A DNA stretch of 64,000 nt from an uncultured archaeon (GCA_938045545.1 CALIBN010000002.1:32001-96000); one strand, 5' to 3'. Counted from the first letter of the stretch, positions 10,136 through 21,400 are shown. The notes: generated by a model not told the origin, from the letters alone. Made by a program: numbers and translations.

Positions 10136-10866
10136 CTACCGGCCACCTCGATGAAGGCCTCTTCAAGATTCGAAACCCCCAGTTCCTTTATAATCGCCTT
10201 CGCCTCTCCTACAAAAAGAACGCGGCCACGATGTATGAAAGCAACTCTAGTACACAGATATTCTACCTCAAGCATGTTGTGGCTTGAAAGAACCACTGTT
10301 CCACCCTCCTTGACATGCCTGCTTACAACCTCCCTTATGTGTTTCGCGTGAAAAACGTCTAGGCCTGCGGTTGGCTCGTCTAAAATCGCTAGCCTCGGCC
10401 TCGTCATCAATGCCCTAGCTACCTGGAGCCGCCTCTTCATACCCTTGCTGTAAGTCTTCATCTTGTCATCTACCCTTTCACCCAGCCCAGAGATTCTAAC
10501 CGCCTCCTCAACAGCCATCGACGCCTCAGTATTTGAATCAAAGTATATTCTTGATACTATAGATAGGTATTCGCGGCCACTCAGGTTTCTATATGTGCCG
10601 GCGTCCTCAGCCAGGTATGAGATGTAAGGCCTAATCCTACTTGCCTCCTTAACAGCGTCATACCCAAGTATGTTTACATAGCCGCTTGTCGGCAGGAGGA
10701 GCGTCGCCATTATTCTTAAAATAGTGGTCTTGCCAGCACCGTTAGGACCTATTAACCCGAATACTTCACCCTCTTCAATTTTTAAAGAAACCCCGTTGAC
10801 AGCCGTCAGATCCCCGAAGCGTTTAACAAGGTTTCTGACTACAACTATGCTTCCAGCTCCCATCAT
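10132..10866 (-). CDS. ABC transporter ATP-binding protein (NatA/CcmA-like)
   Basis: Walker A GPNGAGKTT, signature YSKGM, Walker B ILDEPT, H-loop SSH. Confidence 0.93.
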   Translation of the reverse strand: MMGAGSIVVVRNLVKRFGDLTAVNGVSLKIEEGEVFGLIGPNGAGKTTILRIMATLLLPTSGYVNILGYDAVKEASRIRPYISYLAEDAGTYRNLSGREYLSIVSRIYFDSNTEASMAVEEAVRISGLGERVDDKMKTYSKGMKRRLQVARALMTRPRLAILDEPTAGLDVFHAKHIREVVSRHVKEGGTVVLSSHNMLEVEYLCTRVAFIHRGRVLFVGEAKAIIKELGVSNLEEAFIEVAGR

Positions 10867-11051
10867 GAATCCGTGTCCATAGCGAAGGGGAGGCTATTTA
10901 ATTCTTCTGCAGAATTAGAAGAGGAAAAGGGGTTAAAGAAGCGAGCCTCACTAGTAACCAAGCATGAAGACATTCCTAAAAAAAGATTACATGGGATTCG
11001 TGTTCCACCAAGAAAAGATTTAATAGTGAAAAGAACCATTTAGGATTAGAA

Positions 11052-11492
11052 ATGAGCGAATTACGATATTATAGAGATTTTTCTTTAATCATGATGAGCC
11101 GGATTCTCGAGAAGGAGTTTGGGAAGGAAGCGCTTGACGTTTTATTAGACTGGAGGAATAGGAGGATTGAGGAAGAATGGAGGAAGCGAGGCCTAGAGGC
11201 TGAGGATAAGTCTCCAAGACATTTCTTAGCCCTGTTCAGTAAGGAGGCCCATGAGTTTGAAGTCTTGGAGGAAAGCGAAGAGGTCTTGGAAGTCATCGTT
11301 AAGAAGTGCATCCATGCTGAAGTCTTTAAAAAATTTAACGCGGCTGACATCGGGGAAAAACTAATCTGCAGTGGAGATCACTATGTTGTAAAAGGATTTA
11401 ACCATGGGATAGAACTGGTTAGGGACAAGCTTTTAATGAGAGGAGATGAGTGCTGCCACTTCCTGTTTAGGCTGAAAAATCAGTGGATGTGA
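11052..11492 (+). CDS. L-2-amino-thiazoline-4-carboxylic acid hydrolase-like (V4R-related) protein
   Basis: KKC..AE.F, LICSGD, LMRGDECCHF Cys pattern. Confidence 0.7.
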   Translation: MSELRYYRDFSLIMMSRILEKEFGKEALDVLLDWRNRRIEEEWRKRGLEAEDKSPRHFLALFSKEAHEFEVLEESEEVLEVIVKKCIHAEVFKKFNAADIGEKLICSGDHYVVKGFNHGIELVRDKLLMRGDECCHFLFRLKNQWM

Positions 11493-11504
11493 AAAACTTA
11501 TAAA
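11491..11504 (+). promoter_or_regulatory. BRE/TATA promoter, probably leaderless transcript
   Basis: GAAAAACTTATAAA ending 22 nt upstream of ATG 11527. Confidence 0.6.
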
Positions 11505-11526
11505 GTTCTTTCACTCGCCCGCTCTC

Positions 11527-12402
11527 ATGGTTTACAGAATAGGAATAGTCGGGTCAGATAATTCTCACGCAATTACTTTCTCACAGATTGCGAACGGCAT
11601 GGATAAGGAAAATTACGTACCGGGTTTCAAAGCAACCCACATCTTCGGGTTCGACGAAAAAAGAAACAGGGAGGTCGCAGAGAAAGGCGGTATTGAAAAT
11701 ATTGTTTCTGACGTAAACGAGATGATCGGGAAAATTGATATTGCGTTCGTGGTTTTTAGACACGGTGGACTCCACCTGGAATACGCGAAGCCCTTCATAG
11801 AAAGCGGGACACCGGTTTTCGTGGATAAGCCTTTAGCAGCCACGGTTGCAGACGCTAAAAAGATAATCCAGCTAGCGAAGGAGAGACAAACCCTTTTAAT
11901 GAGCTTTTCGACGTTAAGGTTTACGGATACCGTGCAAGAGCTGAAAGGAATTTTAAAGAACGAGGAACCGGTTTTCCTAAGCGTCCTTGGACCAGGAGAC
12001 CTTGAAAGCGAGTATGGCGGATTGATCTTCTACGGGATCCATTGTGCAGAGATTTTTAATGAGGTTGCGGGAACGGGGGTGAAGGAAGTACACGCTGTTG
12101 CGAAGGGTAAAAGCATTGTTGCAATACTCGTCCATGAGAGACTGATTGGGAGTATAAAAATCTCTCCAGAAATACCATATGTTTTCTCGGTCGAAGGTCT
12201 AACTAATAAAACCCATTTCTCAGCCAAGGTTGACTCTAAGGACTGTTATAAGAGGGGAATGATCAAGATTAGGGAGATGCTTGACAAGAAGCAGTGGATA
12301 CTTTCTGAAGGAGAAATGCTTGAGCCAGTAGCTGTTGTTAAGGCTATAGAGGAAAGCGTTAGAGAATCTTCTAAAAAGCCTATAAGTTCTAGCCAGTCTT
12401 AA
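11527..12402 (+). CDS. Gfo/Idh/MocA family oxidoreductase
   Basis: IGIVGSDNSHA, FVDKPLA, FYGIH. Confidence 0.85.
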   Translation: MVYRIGIVGSDNSHAITFSQIANGMDKENYVPGFKATHIFGFDEKRNREVAEKGGIENIVSDVNEMIGKIDIAFVVFRHGGLHLEYAKPFIESGTPVFVDKPLAATVADAKKIIQLAKERQTLLMSFSTLRFTDTVQELKGILKNEEPVFLSVLGPGDLESEYGGLIFYGIHCAEIFNEVAGTGVKEVHAVAKGKSIVAILVHERLIGSIKISPEIPYVFSVEGLTNKTHFSAKVDSKDCYKRGMIKIREMLDKKQWILSEGEMLEPVAVVKAIEESVRESSKKPISSSQS

Positions 12403-12964
12403 TGCTTATAGAGACTCCTTCCTGAGTGGGCACTATAATGGTTCTCCAAACCCTCCCAGAGGCTTCGTTTAGAAAAGCATCCACAGTGCCGTAGGTATGC
12501 CTGACGTTGTGCGCAAGCACCACTCCGCCGCTGGGGATCCTACTCTCAACCAGACGGAAAAACTCTAAGTAGTGCTCCTTCTCAATATCTATGAAGACTA
12601 AGTTCAGCTCTTCAAATTTCCTAACATGATTAAATGCATCGCCGTTAACTGGCATGATCAAGTTCTCCAAGTGATGCCTAACTACAAGACTCTTAAGACT
12701 CTTGAATCTTTGAATAGTCTTCTCAACTGCGTAGACATTGCCGTCAACCCCTGATTCTAAAATAGCTCTAGCAATCCATATTGTTGAAAACCCTGTGCCT
12801 GCACCAGCGTCCATGGCTTTCAGCCTTCCAAACCGTAGGGCCGTCAGGAAGGATGTTGAGTAAAGCACGCAGCCATCATCCATGCTTATCGTCGGAACCC
12901 CTAGGTCTCTAGAGGCAGCATACGCCTCCCGGATTATGCTGTTCCAGGCATAGTCTTCCCGCAT
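12389..12964 (-). CDS. Class I SAM-dependent O-methyltransferase (family 3-like)
   Basis: DAGAGTGFST, VFIDIEK..Y, GGVVLAHNV. Confidence 0.85.
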   Translation of the reverse strand: MREDYAWNSIIREAYAASRDLGVPTISMDDGCVLYSTSFLTALRFGRLKAMDAGAGTGFSTIWIARAILESGVDGNVYAVEKTIQRFKSLKSLVVRHHLENLIMPVNGDAFNHVRKFEELNLVFIDIEKEHYLEFFRLVESRIPSGGVVLAHNVRHTYGTVDAFLNEASGRVWRTIIVPTQEGVSISIKTG

Positions 12965-13022
12965 GGCTGTTAAAAATAATCTGCGGTTCCAACTTATAAA
13001 CTTGGCAGAGGAGGCTTGCGGA

Positions 13023-13394
13023 TTAATATTTATGACGGGCTTGACGACAGCCTTCAGTCAACTCTTCAAGCTCGTCTCTAACATAGGATGAAATCAGGTC
13101 CCTGACAACGTTTGAATTTGCTTTTAAGACGGCTACCTTTGCCTGTTGAAATATGCTTAGTGCCCTTGGTCCCATACCGTATACGATGACTGCATCCGGC
13201 TTAAGCTGAAGTATACGGTCTGCAGGCCGGCCCTTCCCTCTGAAATGCTCACCCTCGTTAAGCATAGTCCCTTTTTCAAAACTCTTCCCTCCTCATCAAG
13301 CTCAATCATCAAGAATAAGGGGGCTCTGGCCAAAATGTTCGGATAAGCGTGAATCTAAGCCACGGTCATCCTCCACAGGTATTACAATCCTCAT
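13023..13394 (-). pseudogene. NifB/NifX-family FeMo-cofactor-binding-like protein, disrupted
   Basis: ATG at 13394 gives MRIVIPVEDDRGLDSRLSEHFG; RAPLFLMIELDE continues in the +1 frame; the original frame resumes at MLNEGEH...GMGPRA after in-frame TGAs. Confidence 0.75.
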
Positions 13395-13492
13395 TTTGAA
13401 TCATCATGCTTACATACTTGTCTCTATATACGTCTTACTGTTAATAGACCTCCTCTATTCCTTTTTGTCCAAGGAATCCTTATCCTAGACAA

Positions 13493-13690
13493 TTACTTCC
13501 TTAACTCCTCAAGCCTATTGTTTACGTAACCGAGCTCCTGCTGGATAAGCCTTCTCTGTTCCTCAGAAAAACAACTCTTGCTCCCTAGCCGTCAGGGGTA
13601 AGGCAAACATCGGTGGCTCATACTCATGCTCCCCGCGGAGCCCATGAAAAACCCACAGGTATAGCTTCCAGAAACGCCGAGCGTAATTAT
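13493..13690 (-). pseudogene. DUF5320-like small coiled-coil protein relic
   Basis: EEQRRLIQQELGYVNNRLEELRK* with frameshifted upstream part; 5' end approximate. Confidence 0.45.
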
Positions 13691-13744
13691 GACGGTAGGG
13701 CGATGGCAGCCACCAGAACCCGCTCGCAATATCAGTACTCCTAC

Positions 13745-13875
13745 TTACCGACCCCCCTTAACGCTTAATTCTTCAAGCCTTTTTCTAACGGTTTTCAACC
13801 GAGGCTCCAAAATCTTAATCTGCTGCTCAAGCATCGTTCGCTCCTGCTCCCCGCATAAGCCGGCGGAAAGCTCAT
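13745..13875 (-). pseudogene. Second DUF5320-like coiled-coil relic
   Basis: EQERTMLEQQIKILEPRLKTVRKRLEELSVKGGR*; no intact N-terminus seen. Confidence 0.45.
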
Positions 13876-14114
13876 TCTAAACGGAGTGAGTTCAGACGGC
13901 ATAGCGTGCTAAAGGGCTTTCGCAAAGGGAAGCAGGAGGAGGATGGGCGTCTCTAGGGGGATTGCGTGAGGCTTTTGCAGAGCGCTAGGAGAAAGACTGC
14001 TCAAGCCCTTAGCGAAGGCAAGCCAATACGCATTGGGCTCCCCCCTCAACAAAACTGTTCATAGAAAACATGGAAGACAATGTCAAACAGGCTTTTCTAA
14101 GAGCATTCTCACAG

Positions 14115-15248
14115 CTATCTGAATGCTTTTTTCCATTCTTTCAGAATTTCTCGCGCAACGTTAAAGCTTTCAACACTGATTGAGAATATGACTCCAGTTT
14201 TATTTTCAAGAGATTTCGACACTTTATCGACCCAGGATCCTGGTTTCTCACCCTCTTGGGGACCCTCAGTCCATATTAGACACACGTGTTTCCTTTGAAA
14301 CAATTCCACGGTTTCCTTTAAGCCGTAGAACTTGGCGGGACTTCCGAAGAAGAATGCTTTAAAGGCTCCGCTTGACAAGATTGGTTCAAGAACCTGCCTG
14401 CCGTCTGAAGCCTCGCTGCAGCAGAAATGACCCATGCCTCCGTCGAAAAGCCTGACTGAAAACTCGTTAACCGGGATGCAGAACTTTCTGTATTGAGCCG
14501 GGTTCATCATCACCGCCACGTCCTCGCAGAGTCTAACACCGCCTTTATCCATCCATACGTTAGGCGTTCCGTGGAACCCCTGGTTAAGAGGCTCGCCGAC
14601 TATTTTCTTCTGCGCAATTGAGAACTCAACGTATACTTCGGCAACCCTCTTAAGAAGCTCCATTGCAAAGTCCGGGTGGCGATGGAAATCGCTCAGCAGC
14701 TTCGGTCCCCTGAGTAGGTAGGCTATGTCTAACGGGCCCTGAGTGTCGCACAGGTATACTCTTACCCCTGTTCCCTCAAGTTTTTTAACGAAATACTCTT
14801 CTGTCTCAATAACGCGCGTCATCAAGCTTTGACGAGACCAAGGATCCTTTAACTCGCCTAGGTCCGGAGGATCCTTCTTTAAAACCGGCTCTTTAACCCA
14901 TGGCATTTGGTCGGAGAAGGGTTGTACGACTATCTCGCTACCAAATCCGCTCGGCACGATTCCAACGCCATAATTAGCCCTTACGCATGGCATGCCATCA
15001 TCTTGAAGAAGGGCATGAGAATATACTGAGGCCAGTTGAGACAAAAGCATCTTATCCATATCGTAATATGTTTCATAGTATTTGAAGGAGGGCCAAGGTT
15101 CTGGAGGAGGACAGTTAATGATCAAAGGAGGGATTTCCACTTGTTTAAAATTCCATGCTGCAGCAATCCTGCTTCTCGCCTCATCGACTACCTCTAGATC
15201 CAATCTTGAGCTTACCTTCTTAACCCATTTTTCCACATCAATGCTCAA
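14115..15248 (-). CDS. Uroporphyrinogen decarboxylase (URO-D/MtaA-CmuA) family protein
   Basis: DTQGPLDIAYLLRG, LCEDVAVMMNP, GHFC. Confidence 0.75.
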   Translation of the reverse strand: MSIDVEKWVKKVSSRLDLEVVDEARSRIAAAWNFKQVEIPPLIINCPPPEPWPSFKYYETYYDMDKMLLSQLASVYSHALLQDDGMPCVRANYGVGIVPSGFGSEIVVQPFSDQMPWVKEPVLKKDPPDLGELKDPWSRQSLMTRVIETEEYFVKKLEGTGVRVYLCDTQGPLDIAYLLRGPKLLSDFHRHPDFAMELLKRVAEVYVEFSIAQKKIVGEPLNQGFHGTPNVWMDKGGVRLCEDVAVMMNPAQYRKFCIPVNEFSVRLFDGGMGHFCCSEASDGRQVLEPILSSGAFKAFFFGSPAKFYGLKETVELFQRKHVCLIWTEGPQEGEKPGSWVDKVSKSLENKTGVIFSISVESFNVAREILKEWKKAFR

Positions 15249-15288
15249 AGTCGACGGTTAGCCTACTAAAAACTATTTAAGCTTTCCT

Positions 15289-16086
15289 ATGAAATCCGGG
15301 AAAGATTTATATCGTTTAAACTTAGACAGAGGAAGCATGAGCAGCTTGAAGATTGGCGCTCAACTAATTATCTGGGGAGCAAAGCCGCGGGAAAACCTTA
15401 AAGGAGTTCTTGAAGAAGTAAGGGAGGCCGGATACGATGGGATAGAAACCTCTCCTGAAATAGTTTCTACAGACATTATGGAGACGAGAAGGCTTTTGCT
15501 CGAAAAAGGCTTAAGGCTTGTCGCATTACACATGGGTGTTGGAAACATGGAACAGGTTGAACCGGCGGCAAGGCTATTGGAAAGGCTTGAAGGAGAATAT
15601 TTGACTTTTAGCGGTCCAGGTGGAAAAGGCTCTGAGGAAGACTATTTAAACTGCGCAGAGTTTTTAAACAAGGCGGGAAGAATTGCCAGGAAGCACGGGG
15701 TTAAAACCTGCTATCATAATCACGGGCACGAAATAGCTAATAATCAAAGGGGAATAGGAATAATCATTCAGAAAACGGAGCCGGAGTTAGTCGGACTATG
15801 CGTTGACACGTATTGGGTTAAATTCGGCGGGGCAAACCCGCTTCAGTTCATCAAGACCAATAGGGAGAGGATCGAATACCTGCATCTGAAAGACGGGTCT
15901 GAGGAAGACATGAAAAACAGGAAGTTCTCCGAGCTTGGAAAGGGCTCGATAGATTTTCCAGCCATACTTGGCTTCACGACGCAGCTTGGAGTAAAGTGGG
16001 TTGTCGTTGAACAAGATTTGACCCCGAGAAGCCCGTTCGAAAGCATGTTGGAGAGCAGGAATTACTTAAGAAAAATCGGGTATTAG
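15289..16086 (+). CDS. Sugar phosphate isomerase/epimerase (IolE-like TIM barrel); start probably at MSSLKIG
   Basis: GYDGIE, YHNHGHE, DTYW, HLKD, ELGKG.IDF, VEQD. Confidence 0.85.
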   Translation: MKSGKDLYRLNLDRGSMSSLKIGAQLIIWGAKPRENLKGVLEEVREAGYDGIETSPEIVSTDIMETRRLLLEKGLRLVALHMGVGNMEQVEPAARLLERLEGEYLTFSGPGGKGSEEDYLNCAEFLNKAGRIARKHGVKTCYHNHGHEIANNQRGIGIIIQKTEPELVGLCVDTYWVKFGGANPLQFIKTNRERIEYLHLKDGSEEDMKNRKFSELGKGSIDFPAILGFTTQLGVKWVVVEQDLTPRSPFESMLESRNYLRKIGY

Positions 16087-16151
16087 TTCGCTTTCCACAT
16101 ATAAAGGCGATCGTATACCATCCGTATTTCATCCATGTGCCATCGGAATGT

Positions 16152-16424
16152 CTATATGCCCGCATTTGTTAACATAATTGGGAGCTGCTGAGGAGCGTGA
16201 AACAGGGAGTTTTTGAAGAGGCATCTTAGCCTGCATTGTAACGGCTGAAACCCGCCTTTAATCGGGCATAGGCCTGGCGTGGCTTTTTCTTAGATTATAA
16301 GAAGGCGGGGTATGAGCTATACGCTTTATGGCAGGGGCTGAATTGACACAGCCCTTAACCCGGTAGGATGAGCTCCTAAGGGCGACGAACCGGGAACCCA
16401 ATACCTTAAGTAGAAGGATGCCAA
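16152..16424 (+). mobile_element. Internally deleted IS200/IS605 (tnpB-type) relic, copy A
   Basis: 16181-16232 is 42/52 identical (ungapped) to reverse complement of 55357-55408; shares GCTTTATGGCAGGGGCTG, TGACACAGCCC and AACCGGGAA with copy B; ends in a decayed right end ...GGATGCCAA; ends approximate. Confidence 0.65.
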
Positions 16425-16532
16425 CCGAGGAAAATCGGGTGCTATTTCACAAGCACGTGCTAACAGGCAGGCACTACAGTGTCAAACGCATGGAGGACTA
16501 AAAAACATAAATAGCCTTCCTCAGCCTCACGC

Positions 16533-17297
16533 ATGGAAATGATAAAGATCGGTTGTGCAGCCTACTCTTACAGGGATTATCTTAAGGATGGAAGAATGAG
16601 CTATGAGGATTTCATTGAGGAGGCATATAAGATCGGTTTGGACGGGGTGGAGATGACGCTCTACTGGCTTCCTTCAAGAGAACCAGGATACCTCAGGAAT
16701 TTAAAGAGGATTGCATTTTCACGAGGACTCTCCATTTCCTGTGCCGGAATCTCGACTAACTTCTGCAGCCCAGATCCTCGTGAAAGAGAAAGAATGATTA
16801 AGACTGTGGAGGAAGGATTAAGGATTGCCCGTGAGCTCGGTGCTCCTGCACTACGGGTTTTCGGCGGCTACGTGCCTGAAGGATATTCTGAGGAACAGGC
16901 CACACGGTGGACGGTTGAAGCTTTAAGCAGATGCATAACCTATGCTGAGGAAAACGGCGTTACAATAGCTTTGGAGAACCATGGGGGCGTTACGGCCAGG
17001 GCGGATAATGTAGTGAGAATAGTGGAGAGCGTGGGTTCACCTTGGCTAAGAGTTAACCTAGACCTCGGCAACTACAGGGAGTCAACGTATGAAGACATTG
17101 CGAAAACAGTTCCCTACGCAGTACACATCCATGGTAAGATAAGTATCTCTGAAAACACGAAGGTTGACTATGAGAAGGTTAAGAGGATACTTGAAGACAA
17201 TGGTTACAACGGGTTTATCTCAATCGAGTATGAGGAGAAGGAAGATCCTAAAATAGGGGTCTGCGAGTTTGCAAGATACCTTTTAAGGTTATTCTAA
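16533..17297 (+). CDS. Sugar phosphate isomerase/epimerase (AP endonuclease 2 TIM barrel)
   Basis: GLDGVE, RVFGG, LENHGG, DLGN, HIHGK, SIEYE. Confidence 0.85.
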   Translation: MEMIKIGCAAYSYRDYLKDGRMSYEDFIEEAYKIGLDGVEMTLYWLPSREPGYLRNLKRIAFSRGLSISCAGISTNFCSPDPRERERMIKTVEEGLRIARELGAPALRVFGGYVPEGYSEEQATRWTVEALSRCITYAEENGVTIALENHGGVTARADNVVRIVESVGSPWLRVNLDLGNYRESTYEDIAKTVPYAVHIHGKISISENTKVDYEKVKRILEDNGYNGFISIEYEEKEDPKIGVCEFARYLLRLF

Positions 17298-17329
17298 GTG
17301 CAAGGAGGGAGCTTTAACTGAGCGGCCGG

Positions 17330-18361
17330 GTGAACGTCGGGATCTCTGGGCTCGGGAGAAGCGGATGGGACATTCATGCCAATGCACTCGAGAAATGCTC
17401 CGACATGTATAAGGTGGTTGCAGTCTTCGATCCACTTGAGGAGAGACGAAAGGAAGCTGTTAACAGGTTTGATTGCAGAGCATATACAGATTTCGGTTCA
17501 CTCTTGAGGGATGAAGAGGTAGAACTGGTGGTTGTGGCAACGCCAAGCCACCTTCACGCCCCACAAACCATAGAAGCGTTGAAATCCGGTAAAAACGTTG
17601 TATGTGAGAAGCCGATGGCAACAAACCTGGCTGAAGCAGACGAGATGATAAGGGTTGCGAAGGAGGCTGGAAGAATACTAACGGTATTTCAGAACAAGAG
17701 ATACACCCCAGACTTCTTAAAAGTTAAGGAGATAGTTAGATCAGGTAAGCTTGGGCGCATAGTGCTTGTGAAAATATATTTACACTCCTTCGGAAGACGT
17801 TGGGATTGGCAGACATTGAAAAGGTTTGGAGGAGGAGAACTTAACAATAATGCTTCCCATCTTATAGACCAGGCGGTTCAACTCGTAGGGGAGGAGGTGG
17901 AAGTACTTTTCTGCGACCTGCAGAGGACCCTAACTCTAGGTGATGCTGAGGATCATGTTAAGATAATTTTGGGAGGACCTAGCTCAACGAAGATTGACAT
18001 AGAGGTTACTCGCGCATGCGCCTACCCTCAGGATTATTGGCTGATAATGGGTACCCAAGGAGGACTTTCTGGAAACGGGACCTCGATAAAGTGGAAGTAT
18101 TTCGACCCTAAGGATCTTCCTCCCAGACAGGTTGAAACGAGGCCGACTCCAGACCGCAGCTACAATTGGGAAGATATTCCCTGGAGGGAGGAGAAGTGGA
18201 TTCTAGACGAGAATGCTAAGCGCGGCGAAATCTTGTTTTACGAGGAACTCTACAAGACTCTACGCGAGGGAGCCCCCCTGAGCGTTACGCCTGAAAGCGT
18301 TAGGAAAGTAATGTCATTAATGGAAAAATGCCGGGAATACTGCGAGGACAAGCGGTGCTGA
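17330..18361 (+). CDS. Gfo/Idh/MocA family oxidoreductase
   Basis: GLGRSG, VATP..LH, CEKPMA, GGGELNNNASH. Confidence 0.9.
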   Translation: MNVGISGLGRSGWDIHANALEKCSDMYKVVAVFDPLEERRKEAVNRFDCRAYTDFGSLLRDEEVELVVVATPSHLHAPQTIEALKSGKNVVCEKPMATNLAEADEMIRVAKEAGRILTVFQNKRYTPDFLKVKEIVRSGKLGRIVLVKIYLHSFGRRWDWQTLKRFGGGELNNNASHLIDQAVQLVGEEVEVLFCDLQRTLTLGDAEDHVKIILGGPSSTKIDIEVTRACAYPQDYWLIMGTQGGLSGNGTSIKWKYFDPKDLPPRQVETRPTPDRSYNWEDIPWREEKWILDENAKRGEILFYEELYKTLREGAPLSVTPESVRKVMSLMEKCREYCEDKRC

Positions 18362-18450
18362 AGTAGTCCATGACGAGAAGACTATTCTTACTATTAAACT
18401 ACCAAGAAACTGTAAAAGCTTAAAGTAAACGCCTGAGGGTTAAGAAGGGA

Positions 18451-21400
18451 TTGGAGTTGACCGAGGACTTAACGATGATCGGCTTGTCTAAGCCCTTTGA
18501 AGAAGGAGGAAAATCATGTTTGAAAGCTGGAAGGCTACGTTGCGAGTACAGGGTTAACCCTCTGGGAATAGATGTTTTAAGACCCAAGTTAAGCTGGATC
18601 GTTGAATCGTCTGAAAGAGGACAGCTTCAGACAGCTTATCAGATTATCGTTTCGAGCACTAGATTAAACTTGGAGAAAGGCATTGGAGACTTATGGGATA
18701 CTGGGAAAGTTAAATCCGACCAGACGAGTCAGATAGAGTATTCTGGAAAGCCGCTTTCCTCAAGGATGGAATGTTGGTGGAAAGTGCGGGTGTGGGATAA
18801 AGACGGGAGGCTGTCTGAGTGGAGCGAGCCCGCACGTTGGACGATAGGCCTATTGACACCTGATGACTGGAAGGCGAAAATGATCGGGTATGATGAGTAT
18901 GCCGAGTGGGAGGAACCGAATTTCAGCGGTTGTAGATGGATCTGGTTCAATGAGGGTAACCCACTTAAAGAAGCCCCTGTTGCCAGTCGCTACTTCCGTC
19001 GCACAGTAGATTTGCCGTTTAATAGAAAAATACGTGGGGGAATCTTTCTACTAACCGCTGACGATCAAGCTATAGTTTTCGTAAATGGGGTGGAAGCAGG
19101 CAGGAGCGATGGAAAACCGCGAACAATCGAAATCACACGTCTGTTACGGCCTGGAAAAAATGTCTTTGCAGTTATGGCCACTAACCTAGGTGGTCCTGCA
19201 GGCCTACTCGGAAAAGCTGTGATCGAGTTTGAGAAGGAAGAGTCGTTTACCGTTATTACGGACAAAAAGTGGAAGGTTAGTGCATACGCAGAGGAGGGTT
19301 GGATTGGGCTCGATTTCAATGACGAGCATTGGGCTAATGCGCTTGAGCTAGGGGATTTCACGAAAGCGCCCTGGGGGGTCCTTGGAATAAAGCCCCCCTA
19401 TGTACGTCCACTACCATTGTTGAGGAAGTCGTTTAGCGTGAACAAGCAGGTGAAGCGCGCCTTCATATACGTTAGTGCATTAGGGAGCTGCGAGCTACAT
19501 CTTAATGGGAAGCGGGTCACGGAAGATTACTTCATACCAGGATGGTCTGACTTTCGAAAACGCGCATATTATCGTACCTACGAGGTCACTGATCTTCTTC
19601 AACCCGGGAGGAATGCGATTGGTGCGATTCTGCACAGCGAGTGGTACTCCGGCTATCAGGGTGGTTGGGGAAGGAGAAACAAATTCGGCCGTGGGCCACG
19701 CCTGCTCGTCCAATTGGAAATAGAATATGCTGATGGTGAAAGACAATTGATCGTTAGTGACGAGACTTGGAAAGCGACGTATGGGCCGATCCTTGAAGCA
19801 GACAATTACATGGGCGAGACCTACGACGCAAGGCGCGAGATTAATGGCTGGGACGAGCCCTGGTTCGATGACGGCAACTGGAAAGAGGTCGTTGCAGAGG
19901 ACGTTAAGGATATTGATTTGAGGCTCACATACCATCCGGGGGAGCCGATCAGGAAAACCATGGAGCTGGTCGCCAAGTCGATCAGGGAGGTTAGTTCCGG
20001 CGTCTTCATATACGATTTCGGGCAGAACATGGTCGGCACCGTGAGGTTACGCATCAGAAGCGCTAAGCCCGGCGATAGGATTGTGTTGCGCTATGCTGAG
20101 GTACTTAACCCCGACGGCACCCTGCACACGGCAAACCTTAGGGGAGCCCGTGCCACCGACGTATACTTCTGCAAGGGTGCTGCTGAGGAAGGCTTTGAGC
20201 CGCGCTTCACTTACCACGGCTTCCGATACGTTGAAGTGACGGGTTATCCCGGTAAACCGCTTCTGGATGCGGTGACTGGCATCGTCCTGCACTCCGACAT
20301 CCCCATAAGGGGAGAGTTCAGCTCTTCCAACCCGATTTTAAACAGGCTTTTCGAGAACATCGTTTGGAGTTTACGGGGCAATTACTTTGAGGTTCCGACG
20401 GATTGCCCCCAACGGGATGAGCGTCAGGGCTGGACTGGTGATGCGCAGATCTTCTCTCGAACGGCCGCTTATTTGGCTGACGTCTCCTCCTTCATGACTA
20501 AGTGGCTCATCGACCTGAACGACGGTCAAAGAGAGGACGGGGCTTATCCAGAGGTGGCGCCCGCAACCGGCTCCGGCTTCGGCACGCCCGCCTGGAGCGA
20601 CGCCGGGATCATCATACCCTACGTGGTTTGGCGGTTCTACGGCGACGCAAGGGTGATCCGGCTTTACTACGAGAACATGACCCGTTATATAGAGTACCTA
20701 GTTGAGAATAGTAAAGATTTCCTACGGCCAGAAATTGGATACGGCGATTGGGTTCCAGCCGGGTCAGAAACTCCCAAGGACGTGCTCTCCACGGCCTACT
20801 TCGCCTATGTCGTTAAGCTCATGGTTGAAATGGCTAGGGCAATCGGAAAGGAAGACGATGCTAAACTCTACGAGGAACTGTTCGAGAAAATCCGGTCCGC
20901 TTTCGTTAAGGCATACGTGGAACCGGATGGTCGGATAAAGGGAGAAACGCAAACCTGTTACGCCTTGGCGTTAGACCTGAAATTGCTGCCTGAGGAGCTG
21001 GAGAAGCTGGCCTTAGAACACCTCGTCAAAGACATTGAGAATCGCGACTGGCATCTTTCAACGGGATTCGTGGGCACACGACACCTCATGCAGGCACTTA
21101 CCAAGTTCAATAGAGTGGATGTCGCATATAAATTGTTGTTGCAAGAAACCTATCCGTCATGGCTTTACCCCCTGAGGCTGGGTGCGACGACGATTTGGGA
21201 AAGATGGAACAGCATGACCGAGGAGGGCATACACGAGCCCGGGATGAATTCCTTCAACCATTATGCTTTCGGAAGCGTTGGCGAATGGCTCTTCTCAACG
21301 GTTGTGGGGATCAGTACTGAAGGCGTCGGCTTTAAGCGGATCATAGTTAAACCACATCCATCAAGAGAACTGGGGTGTGTTCACTCAAAATACGAGTCGA

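Noticed and set aside
13266-13330. Three in-frame TGA codons in the NifX-like gene as selenocysteine or recoding
   Set aside because: The family-like sequence (RAPLFLMIELDE) is in the +1 frame, so compensating frameshifts explain it; TGA is a normal stop elsewhere in the window
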